From positions 1-39,756 of the forward strand of contig DATFEP010000056.1 in the NCBI GenBank assembly GCA_035250975.1: a stretch of DNA of 39,756 nucleotides, given 5' to 3'. Position numbers and translations under genes: made by a program. The DNA is from Nitrososphaeraceae archaeon. GTDB taxonomy: Archaea > Thermoproteota > Nitrososphaeria > Nitrososphaerales > Nitrososphaeraceae. Each line of letters starts with the position of its first letter. Positions within the stretch are counted from its first letter, which is position 1. This document shows positions 1 through 8,762 of the stretch, piece by piece. The notes beneath the pieces are model-generated. The model searched no databases. It saw only the letters and a list, made by a program, of their open reading frames with translations, and was not told the DNA's origin.

Positions 1-270
1 GCTGCAACTCAGGGGAATCCAGCATATGATCCATCAGACCTAACAGTAAAGAAAGGTCAGACAATCCTTGTAGACAATGTAGATGCAATGCCTCACACTG
101 TAACAAATGGTGCTGGTCCAAGTGATTCAACATCGGGTAAAATCTTTGATACTAGTATCATGAACGCTGGTGAATTCAAAGTGCTAGAGACTGCAGATAT
201 CGATCCTGCTAAATATGACTATTATTGCACAGTACATCCCTACATGTTAGGAACTTTAACTGTACAATAG
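1..270 (+). CDS. Blue (type 1) copper protein, cupredoxin/plastocyanin family, 5'-truncated by window edge
   Basis: Frame is open from base 1 (AATQGNPAYDPSDLTVKKGQTILVDNVDAMPHTVT...). Type 1 Cu ligands are H (PHTVT) and C-x2-H-P-x-M (YYCTVHPYMLG). Lies directly before ctaA, as in AOA terminal-oxidase clusters. Confidence 0.9.
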   Translation, partial: AATQGNPAYDPSDLTVKKGQTILVDNVDAMPHTVTNGAGPSDSTSGKIFDTSIMNAGEFKVLETADIDPAKYDYYCTVHPYMLGTLTVQ

Positions 271-288
271 AAGAAAGCAAACAATCAT

Positions 289-789
289 GTGGAGAAAAGA
301 AATAATCAGCATTTGACAGATACAATGCTTCTAAAAATTCTATCTTTCTCTACACTTTCTATTCTTTTTACACTTATTTTTATAGGTGGCTATGTTAGCG
401 CGTCAGGTGTGGGTCTATCGTGTCCTGACTGGCCTTTATGTCCAGCTGGATTGGCACCACATGAAGATTTTATCATAGAATATTTTCACCGAACCATTGC
501 AGCTATTACTGGAATGATGGTTATTGTTACAATGATCTTTACTTTGAAATCTAAACACACTCCAAAAGGAATGAAAATTGCTTCCATCATAGCCGGTTCC
601 GCAGTAGTTAGCCAGATCACATTAGGAGCCATTGTAATTATAGAACGCCTTCATGCTCACCTTGTAACTCTGCATCTTGGTATAGGGATCGTTTTGTTTA
701 CAATGACTATTCTAGTTACGTTATATGCCTGGAAAATAACAGGAAAAGAGAAACCATCTGTCTCTGAAATAGAGAAACACACAATATAG
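289..789 (+). CDS. ctaA: Heme A synthase, half-size archaeal COX15/CtaA family (copy 1)
   Basis: GLSCPDWPLC, EYFHR and VTLHL motifs; about 4 TM helices. Alternative ATG start at 325. Confidence 0.88.
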   Translation: MEKRNNQHLTDTMLLKILSFSTLSILFTLIFIGGYVSASGVGLSCPDWPLCPAGLAPHEDFIIEYFHRTIAAITGMMVIVTMIFTLKSKHTPKGMKIASIIAGSAVVSQITLGAIVIIERLHAHLVTLHLGIGIVLFTMTILVTLYAWKITGKEKPSVSEIEKHTI

Positions 790-872
790 TAATAAGTGCA
801 AATAAAATAATTAATTCAACTTATCGACGAGATAATGTTAAATTTGATTCTTTTTTTTATTTTTCTTCTTCG

Positions 873-1430
873 TTAGTTCTGATTTTCAGCAATCCTTCTC
901 TTCCTGTCTCTTCTATTTTTAGCATAGATTACTGATATTATTGCAAAGGGGGTTACACTTGCAAAGGCTATCAAAGAGTAGAAGATATAACCAAAAGGAT
1001 TAAGCGTGCTCAAATTGAATATATATGTTATAGTTTTGCCAGAAAAATACAGATCCTGTAAATCTATGTAGAAAACATAATTCCCAGGTTCTGGAAATTT
1101 GTAGTCAAACTCATAATGACCATTTGTTACCACTATCGGAGGTAATTTATCGATCTCTTTACCGTTTTTCGTTATGGTAATAGAAATAGGAACATCAGAT
1201 AATTCAACTTCATCACTTGATATTCTTAGTAGTATTTTTGAATATTGACCGGTAGTTGGAATCTCAGGATCGGTTGCTATTTGCACATAATAGTTTCCAA
1301 TTCTTTGTCCTGATGAATTAAACAAACCATGGGAATAAGCATCTTTAATTAATAATCCGGAAGAAAATAGTACAAAGGAACCAAAAACGCCAAACATTAT
1401 AAAAAAAGTAAACATTCTAGACACTCTCAT
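873..1430 (-). CDS. Secreted, membrane-anchored protein with Ig-like (YtkA/FixH-like) domain
   Basis: The ORF-track start (1574) overlaps the SDR gene; ATG at 1430 gives a signal peptide ending AYS-H, a beta-rich domain (QIATDPEIP...YEFDYKFPEPGNY), a C-terminal TM helix and a basic tail. Confidence 0.7.
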   Translation of the reverse strand: MRVSRMFTFFIMFGVFGSFVLFSSGLLIKDAYSHGLFNSSGQRIGNYYVQIATDPEIPTTGQYSKILLRISSDEVELSDVPISITITKNGKEIDKLPPIVVTNGHYEFDYKFPEPGNYVFYIDLQDLYFSGKTITYIFNLSTLNPFGYIFYSLIAFASVTPFAIISVIYAKNRRDRKRRIAENQN

Positions 1431-1528
1431 CTTTGAAATTACCCTAAAATTTATAATTAATATTCCACTCTTAAAGTTACCTATAATATCAAAAAGATTA
1501 AAAGTGTAATATAGTCTGCCAAAATTAT

Positions 1529-3385
1529 ATGGAAGAGTTATCCATAAAAGAATCGTCAAAATTAAAATTTTCAAATAAATTAGTTGTAATCACGGGAAGC
1601 GGAACAGGTATTGGTCAAGCAATAGCCAAGAAATTTGCAGAAAACGGTGCTAGTATTGTAATAATGGGTAGACGAAGGGAACCATTGGATAAAACTAGTG
1701 AAATTTTAAACAAGATAATAAAAGATATTGGTTCTACTGGAAAAGTACGAGCCTTTTCAGGAGTAGACGTTTCTGACGAAAAGGGAATAAACGATATGTT
1801 TGAAACTATCAAACAAGAGTTTGGTAAGGTTGATATTATAGTCAATAATGCTGGCGTTTCAGGCCCAGTAAAAACTTTTACTAATGCCTCATTTCAAGAT
1901 TTTAAGGATTGTGTTGCAATTCATTTAACCGGAACTTTTTGGACTTCTGTTCAAGGTCTAAAAGTAATGGAAAAAGGTTCCAAAATAATCACAATAGCAA
2001 CCTTCTTTACAGAAGAGAACAAATACGAACAAAGACCATATAGATTCAGGACTCCATACACAGCTTCACAAGGAGCAAAAAATAGGTTAGCAGAAACTCT
2101 CGCCTGGGAATTAGTAGATAGAGGAATAAAATCCGTGGCTACAAACCCGGGACCAGTGCATTCAGATAGAATTTACAAAACGGTCTATCCGAAAGCTGCC
2201 GCAGAGTTTCTACGTATAGGTGGTTATCCGGGACTGACTTCAACAGAGATAGAGCATTCTGCAACCAGAGGTTTGGAACTTTTAGGCGAATCCTCTGATG
2301 TTTTTTCTAATGGTGTGAAAAGTATAGCTCAAGAAATCTCATCTATGCGTGCTAAGGATTTGTCCAATAATTCCACAGACAAGTCCAAATCCGACGTCGA
2401 CACTAAAGATTATGATGAATTAAACAAGACGGTTAATGGCATGATAGTCAAGATACAAGAAATTGCTGAAAAAATACAAACCAATACTAGTAAAATGATT
2501 GTGGATAACGAATTCCTCAGTCAAGAAGACGTCGCAGATATGGTTCTAACTCTGTCTGACGACAATATCAGTAAACTGATTAACGGAAGGGTTATTCCCA
2601 ATGACAGGGTATTTTATCCAGTTAAACCAATTATTGGAACTTCAGTGGATAAAGGTTCTATTCAATCTTTAAAGAATAAGGTTGTAGTAATTACAACGAC
2701 CTCTTCAATAAAACGTGATATAGAGCGAGTAACAAATCTTGCCAATGAATTGAACAACAATGGGGTAAAACAGGTTATCATATTGACAAACAATCCAGCA
2801 GATTTAGAATATTACAAAACTTATCACAGTCATTCAATAGATCTTTCTGATGAAGAAAAGGTAAAAAGAATATTTAATACCGCAAAGACAAAATACGACA
2901 ATATAGATGCAGTTATTCATATAACTGGAGATTATGATTATAATAGAGATTTCACATCATTATCAAGAATTGAATGGGAAGACCTAGTTAATACTTTTAT
3001 CCATATTCCTGGTCTTGTGACTAGAGAAGCAGTTAGATCTATGGCACCTGAAGGAGCAATTTTTGAACCTTCTAAATTCAAAGAGTCTACGGGAACAATC
3101 GTGATTCTGGGACCAGATTCTCCGACTGGGAAAAAAATATCTGGACTTGTTAGATCAAGATCAGAAGTATTTAGAGGTGCGCTTAGGCCGTATACTGCAA
3201 CAGTTAATCAAGAACTATCTGATGTTCTAGGTTCAAAAATAAAGTTACATCTCATATTAGCTGGAAATATTGAAGGGTTAGAACCTGTGCTTTCTAACAT
3301 AACCAGTTCTGTCCTAAATCTAATTACAGGCTCTGTATTGCACCGCAACGAATCAATTTTTTACATCGATGAGGCAAAGATCTGA
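1529..3385 (+). CDS. Tandem SDR oxidoreductase (SDR + helical insert + degenerate SDR), malonyl-CoA reductase (MCR-C)-like
   Basis: TGSGTGIG, GRRR (NADP preference), NNAG, RTPYTASQ, PGPVHSDR; the second Rossmann-like domain lacks the Gly motif. SDR assignment is secure; MCR-like function is inference. Confidence 0.85.
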   Translation: MEELSIKESSKLKFSNKLVVITGSGTGIGQAIAKKFAENGASIVIMGRRREPLDKTSEILNKIIKDIGSTGKVRAFSGVDVSDEKGINDMFETIKQEFGKVDIIVNNAGVSGPVKTFTNASFQDFKDCVAIHLTGTFWTSVQGLKVMEKGSKIITIATFFTEENKYEQRPYRFRTPYTASQGAKNRLAETLAWELVDRGIKSVATNPGPVHSDRIYKTVYPKAAAEFLRIGGYPGLTSTEIEHSATRGLELLGESSDVFSNGVKSIAQEISSMRAKDLSNNSTDKSKSDVDTKDYDELNKTVNGMIVKIQEIAEKIQTNTSKMIVDNEFLSQEDVADMVLTLSDDNISKLINGRVIPNDRVFYPVKPIIGTSVDKGSIQSLKNKVVVITTTSSIKRDIERVTNLANELNNNGVKQVIILTNNPADLEYYKTYHSHSIDLSDEEKVKRIFNTAKTKYDNIDAVIHITGDYDYNRDFTSLSRIEWEDLVNTFIHIPGLVTREAVRSMAPEGAIFEPSKFKESTGTIVILGPDSPTGKKISGLVRSRSEVFRGALRPYTATVNQELSDVLGSKIKLHLILAGNIEGLEPVLSNITSSVLNLITGSVLHRNESIFYIDEAKI

Positions 3386-3544
3386 TTCATATTCATATTT
3401 AATCGCTTGTCATGTAAATAGGATACAAAAATAAAATAAACTAAAATTTTTTTTCTTGTTTAGTTTATTAATTGTTTATTTATTTAGCGTACAATAGAGA
3501 AAAAGAGAACTAAAATATATGAAATATAGTCTGAATTAGATTTT

Positions 3545-4264
3545 CTAAATTTTGAGCTCTGGAATAGGCAAGAATTCCTTTCTTATTTTATCTTCAGCTT
3601 CGTATGATGCATCGTGTAATATAGTTGATGCTCTATCATTTGCTATTTTAAAATTAATTAAATGTCCACCTACTTGTCCAGCATTTATCAATATGTCAAT
3701 CAACAGATCTGAGATGCTTCTCAAATCAAGCTCTGAACCTCTGATTTGAGAAAATAACATCGACCTTAGACTCTTTATTACCGTAATGGAAGGCGTTAAT
3801 GTTTCGACTAAATCCTTGAAATTTGATACACTATGAATCTGGACCTGCAGTGTATCCAGAACTATTTTGGAGACCACTATTGCCTTACCTGTCTTTCTTA
3901 TTTTGTTCAGTTCTGAAGAAATTAGAGAGGAATATTGAATGTTATTTTCCTTTATAGATGTAATCAATTTTCTTAATACTTCTTCGTCTTGAATTTTTAA
4001 CTCTTCAAATATTTTTATAAGCTTTACTATTTCCTCATGTATTCGATACTGAATTTGATTTATCTTTGGTCTTAAAGGTGTATTATATTTTATTAAATGA
4101 AGTTCAATGAAATTGGATTTATGATCATTGACTAGACTTGAAACATTGTTTCTTTCATGAATGCTGTTTGAATTATTTTCCTTACCAAAATCTTGACAGG
4201 TTTCATATTTTGCATTTATAGAACTATTTTTTTTTGTTGAATTCAACTCGAGATCATTCTCCAT
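3545..4264 (-). CDS. Divergent CdvB/ESCRT-III (Snf7-like) paralogue
   Basis: PLRPKI...ELNKIRK...DLVETLTPSITVIK...ASTILHDAS..EDKIRKEFLPIP follows the thaumarchaeal CdvB pattern; helical coiled-coil composition. Confidence 0.75.
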   Translation of the reverse strand: MENDLELNSTKKNSSINAKYETCQDFGKENNSNSIHERNNVSSLVNDHKSNFIELHLIKYNTPLRPKINQIQYRIHEEIVKLIKIFEELKIQDEEVLRKLITSIKENNIQYSSLISSELNKIRKTGKAIVVSKIVLDTLQVQIHSVSNFKDLVETLTPSITVIKSLRSMLFSQIRGSELDLRSISDLLIDILINAGQVGGHLINFKIANDRASTILHDASYEAEDKIRKEFLPIPELKI

Positions 4265-4328
4265 CTATCGTAGACCTTCATGCTATTATAGAATAGTAAT
4301 TAATACTACTATGTTCAAAATTTGAGGT

Positions 4329-4356
4329 TAACCACGGTAACATCAGTTAGTGGTTA
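4329..4356. promoter_or_regulatory. Inverted repeat, candidate operator between divergent cdvB-like and trmB genes
   Basis: TAACCAC (4329-4335) / GTGGTTA (4350-4356) with inner TAAC/GTTA (4338-4341 / 4346-4349). Confidence 0.4.
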
Positions 4357-4436
4357 CAACATTAGAATTAGCTCAGTATTTTTTTTAGCTTTGACATAAT
4401 CTAATTGACAAAGGGATTTTATTTTGAATATCAAAT

Positions 4437-5852
4437 ATGGAAATAATCCTAATGAATCAGAGATCAAATCATGAAGATGATTTCTATATATATCCTCCTC
4501 ATGATGTCACTACAGGAAAAAGAACTAACAGCGGTAGAAAATACAAACCAAAAAAATATCTGAATGATACGACAGATTTCAGGAATCCCATAACTTTTAA
4601 CAAAGATAATAATGATGTTGGAAATCTAGAAGAATTTGGTCTCTCTTATTATGAAGCTAAAGCCTATATTACGCTGATTGGTAAGGGATCTCTTTCAGCC
4701 AGTGAAATTGCATACTATTCTCGTTTACCGAGAACGAAAATTTATCTAACGTTAAAGAAATTAGAGAAAAAAGGACTGTCGGTCATTTCTCAGCAAAAAC
4801 CATTGATATGTAGTGCAATTAACCCCAAAGAGGCTTTTGAGGAAATTCTTACTCTCCACGAGCAACGTTTAAAAAATATGAGAAAAGTTATAGATAAATT
4901 ACAAAAATTGGATGACCAAAGTAATTACCTTAAGGGTTTGGAGGAGAAAAGATATTTCATTCTGGACCCGAAATCTACTTTTGAAAGATTAACAGCTTTG
5001 ATAGAAAACTCCAGAACATCCATAACAGCTATTCTTGACATATGGGGTTTAAGATTGATATCTAAATGTAGGCAATCGTTAATTAGGGCCATTAATAAAG
5101 GAATCAAAATTCGGTTATTGATCTCTAATCAATGTCTTGGACACGATAATCTTATTTCACTGCCAAATGAAATAATGGTAAAAGTAGGAAATATTTTTTC
5201 GAATATCGTCATTATTGACTCTAATAATATTATTAATATAGACGGGGGAAATGGAAAAGCAGCTCTATTTACATCAATAGATGTTCTAGGATTTTCATAT
5301 ATGAAAACATTCGAAGAAGAATGGAACAAAGCTGTTGAAGTACGTGGTCTTTCTGACATTGATCCTGTGGTTCAATTAAAAGCCATCCGGTTAACTAAAT
5401 TTATTGAGGAGATGACATACGATTCTTACTCACAAAATTTGTCAATAGATAATTCTAACCCGGATCTTGACTTTCAAGAAATTACGAAAGGTAATGAGTT
5501 GCAGAAATTTTTTGAGTATGGAAATAAAGGACCAAAAATTGGTTCATCTTTATTTACACTGGAGTTGATGGGGAAAACGGGAATAGATCTCGATCTCAAT
5601 CAAGATGACTTTTTTAAAATAATGGATTTAGCATTAAATGTATATAATTCAGGCAGCATAAAATTTGATAAAAATAACGGTATTATTACAATATATTCAA
5701 AATATAAAAACAAGTCCCTTGTAGTGTGGTCATTTTTAATATGTTCTTATTTTGAAAACTTGGATTACAAGGTTGAGACTGTTCCTAGGATTTCTGATGT
5801 AGTTGATTTTGATAAAATAGATTCATTTCGAATTAAAATTACAAAAACTTAA
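4437..5852 (+). CDS. TrmB-family transcriptional regulator (wHTH + effector domain + extra C-terminal domain)
   Basis: LEEFGLSYYEAKAYITL...ASEIAYYSRLPRTKIYLTLKKLEKKGL is the TrmB HTH signature, followed by a PLD-like effector domain (LIRAINKGIKIRLL...IVIIDS...FEEEW). Confidence 0.88.
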   Translation: MEIILMNQRSNHEDDFYIYPPHDVTTGKRTNSGRKYKPKKYLNDTTDFRNPITFNKDNNDVGNLEEFGLSYYEAKAYITLIGKGSLSASEIAYYSRLPRTKIYLTLKKLEKKGLSVISQQKPLICSAINPKEAFEEILTLHEQRLKNMRKVIDKLQKLDDQSNYLKGLEEKRYFILDPKSTFERLTALIENSRTSITAILDIWGLRLISKCRQSLIRAINKGIKIRLLISNQCLGHDNLISLPNEIMVKVGNIFSNIVIIDSNNIINIDGGNGKAALFTSIDVLGFSYMKTFEEEWNKAVEVRGLSDIDPVVQLKAIRLTKFIEEMTYDSYSQNLSIDNSNPDLDFQEITKGNELQKFFEYGNKGPKIGSSLFTLELMGKTGIDLDLNQDDFFKIMDLALNVYNSGSIKFDKNNGIITIYSKYKNKSLVVWSFLICSYFENLDYKVETVPRISDVVDFDKIDSFRIKITKT

Positions 5853-5881
5853 TTGATAGTTAGGAGAGATTTATTTTAAAA

Positions 5882-6760
5882 TCAATTTTCTGACATTGAA
5901 TCAAATTTTTTCATGATCTGTGGTAAAATATCTAGTAAATCAGTAGCCATCATGTGGAATCCAACTTTATCATAAGCAATCTCTGCTGCTTTTCCATTAA
6001 AATATATCCCACAACATCCAGCATTGAACGGATTCATTTTAGTAAATAATCCAGCGACCAATCCGGCCAAAATATCCCCAGTTCCTCCTACGGTCATAGC
6101 TGATGTAGTCCTCTGAACAACAGCAGTTTGGTCTCCATCAGAGATTATATTGTTCTGTCCCTTTAGAATCATAGTAATTCCGTATTCTCTAGAAAAACTT
6201 TCAACATCCTTAATCTGATCTTCCAATTTATCTTTTAATTCTGTCTCAAAAATTCGAATGTATTCTCCCCCATGTGGCGTAATAATACTTTTGGTATTTG
6301 CAATTATGGGTAATATTTCTGGAATTAATGCAGATGCATCTAACACCAATTTTGTTCCATTTTCAAGTAATTTTTTTACCAGCACCGTTATCGCCTCTTT
6401 CTTGGCAATATTCAATCCCATCCCAATTGCCGCAGAATCAACCTTTTTTGGCATAGTTTTGATTAGTCTTGATACTGCACCTACAGTCAATCTTTCATCC
6501 GATAAAGGTATTACTATTAAATTTGGTGACGCCGCTCTTGTTACATTTACGTTACTTTTAGGAACCCCCGTATATACCAGATCGGTTCCTGCTCTCAAAG
6601 CGGCTAACGATGCCAGTATGGGTGCACCATGATAAATTCTACTTCCGCCTATTACCAATACAATCCCATTATCTCCTTTCCTAGATGAGATTTTTCTTGC
6701 AATCGAATTTTTGTTTATCATCTCCTCTGTTATTGCTACTCGTGAAGGGAATTCCAACAT
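5882..6760 (-). CDS. nnrD: ADP-dependent NAD(P)H-hydrate dehydratase (YjeF C-terminal domain)
   Basis: SRKGDNGIVLVIGGSRIYHGAP, LDASAL, ITPHGGE, LKG and GGTGDILAG motifs. ATG at 6760 preferred to the ORF-track start 6850. Confidence 0.92.
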   Translation of the reverse strand: MLEFPSRVAITEEMINKNSIARKISSRKGDNGIVLVIGGSRIYHGAPILASLAALRAGTDLVYTGVPKSNVNVTRAASPNLIVIPLSDERLTVGAVSRLIKTMPKKVDSAAIGMGLNIAKKEAITVLVKKLLENGTKLVLDASALIPEILPIIANTKSIITPHGGEYIRIFETELKDKLEDQIKDVESFSREYGITMILKGQNNIISDGDQTAVVQRTTSAMTVGGTGDILAGLVAGLFTKMNPFNAGCCGIYFNGKAAEIAYDKVGFHMMATDLLDILPQIMKKFDSMSEN

Positions 6761-6887
6761 TAAATAGAAAAAACTTTGATTCAATAAACTTTCCTCTATC
6801 TTAAAACCCGATCTCTTGGTGTTCAAACGAGATTTAACAACTCGGAACATTTAAAGAAAGAGAGAATATCATATCATTTTATAAGAA

Positions 6888-7823
6888 ATGATTTCCTACT
6901 CAAAACCCATCGACGTAGTTTATTCCCAAAAAAAATTACCATCTTTACGATCTCCTTCTCTCATTTGTGGTTTACCTGGTACTGGGTTTGTAGGCAAGGT
7001 AGCCATAGATTATTTAATTAAAGAACTTGATGCTGTACATTTGGCGGATATCTATTCTACTTTCTTCTCTCCGCAAATCATAATAAAACAAGACGGGACC
7101 TCCGAGATAGTTAAGAATAGTGTTTATTATGTAAAAAGAGAGAATAAAAAAAGTAAAAACACCACAATCAAGACGCAACCCTTGCAAGAGAATAGTCAAG
7201 ACATTTCAAGCAGTGTTAAATCCAAGTCTGTCAATATTCTGGAACCTGCATCATCAGACTTGCTTCTTCTTACTGGAGATTCTCAACCAATAGTTCCTGG
7301 TTCAGAATATGTTTTGACCGAACAGATATTAGATGATATGACAAAATTTGATATTTCTAATATTTATTCTCTAGCTGCATACGTAACTGGTGCTTTTACA
7401 AACACTCCGAAAATATATGGGACTGCGACGGCTACTAAATTAGTAGGGTTATTTAGGAATCATAATGTTTCTTCCTTAGATAATGGGAATATAACAGGGA
7501 TGAATGGGATCATAATAGGCTTGGGAAAATTACGTGGAATTGATGGCTTTTGTTTGTTGGGTGAAACTTCTGGCTATGTTATAGATGCTATTGCAGCTAA
7601 AAAAATTCTTGAAACTATAACGCGTATATTGAATATTCATATAAACATGGATGAAATTACAAAAAGGGCTAAAGATACCGAAATATTAATCAAAAATCTC
7701 GAACAACAAATGTTGGCGAAATCTAATCAAGGTGCCCAGAGTTTGATGGGTGAAGAACGTCAAGATGAGGAGAGACAATTTTTTTCACAAAATAGAAGAT
7801 CCAATATGGGTTATATCAGCTGA
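6888..7823 (+). CDS. PAC2-family proteasome assembly chaperone
   Basis: GLPGTGFVGKVAIDYL, LLTGDSQP, ITGMNG, CLLGETSGY; C-terminal GYIS (HbYX-like). Confidence 0.88.
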   Translation: MISYSKPIDVVYSQKKLPSLRSPSLICGLPGTGFVGKVAIDYLIKELDAVHLADIYSTFFSPQIIIKQDGTSEIVKNSVYYVKRENKKSKNTTIKTQPLQENSQDISSSVKSKSVNILEPASSDLLLLTGDSQPIVPGSEYVLTEQILDDMTKFDISNIYSLAAYVTGAFTNTPKIYGTATATKLVGLFRNHNVSSLDNGNITGMNGIIIGLGKLRGIDGFCLLGETSGYVIDAIAAKKILETITRILNIHINMDEITKRAKDTEILIKNLEQQMLAKSNQGAQSLMGEERQDEERQFFSQNRRSNMGYIS

Positions 7824-7957
7824 AAATCATATATTTGTAATATTAAATCTTACCAAATTTTCAAATTAATGTAATTTTAAAGATATCTTAACTTTTTTAG
7901 CTCCATTCAAACATCGAGTGAGAAAGAATTTATTAATTGTGATTTCTTTTAATTTTA

Positions 7958-8593
7958 TTGTTAATGTTTAATATTTTCAGCTTTCGTTTTTTTTCCTTTT
8001 TACTCTCTGCTCTTTTGATTTCACTGTCTGCAATTTTTTTTACAGACGTATATAATGAGGTAGAATTAATTTACGGTGAAGATTCAAATTCCCAGTTTAA
8101 AGACAATTCCACCAACTGGATGCCTTATAGCGGTGCAAGATTTTCTCTCATGTATCCAGAAGACTGGAAGGTTGAAGAGAAAATATCAAAATTCCACGTA
8201 TTGGATCTCAACTTGCTTAAAGTAATCGATGGTAATCGTACTTCCTTTATAGGGATTTCCTTTGATACGCTCCCAGATTCAGATAAATTATCAAATGAAC
8301 TTGTTCTTGAACAATCAGAAGATTTTGGAAAATTTGGGAGTAGCTCTTATTATACCGTTTATGAGGTTTTAGAAAAAAATTTAACCAAATATAATATAGA
8401 TGGTAATCCTTCAGCCAGTCATATCGTGAAGTATGTATTTAGAGAAAATAACCTCGGTGGTAAACTTCTTGAAATATTTTCGATCATAGATAAAAAATTG
8501 TTTACATTAATATATCAATCCACAACACAAAATTTTGATAAAGAATTACCGATAATAGACAGGATAATAAGTTCGATAAAGGTAGTGTCTTAA
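7958..8593 (+). CDS. Secreted PsbP/Mog1-like fold protein
   Basis: N-terminal hydrophobic signal; FSLMYPEDW...IDGNP...FDKELPIIDRIISSIK is typical of PsbP-related domains. Confidence 0.7.
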   Translation: MLMFNIFSFRFFSFLLSALLISLSAIFFTDVYNEVELIYGEDSNSQFKDNSTNWMPYSGARFSLMYPEDWKVEEKISKFHVLDLNLLKVIDGNRTSFIGISFDTLPDSDKLSNELVLEQSEDFGKFGSSSYYTVYEVLEKNLTKYNIDGNPSASHIVKYVFRENNLGGKLLEIFSIIDKKLFTLIYQSTTQNFDKELPIIDRIISSIKVVS

Positions 8594-8762
8594 TATTATT
8601 ATTATTGTAGTATAGATTTTGGTTAATGTAGTTATATTGGTCTAAGTGATCTATGTTATAATATATTAATCATTTTTCTTTTCTTTTTGATAGTTTATAT
8701 CTAAATCGATCAGCTAAATTTACTTATCCAAAAACATAAAGAATGGTAATTAGAATCTTTTT

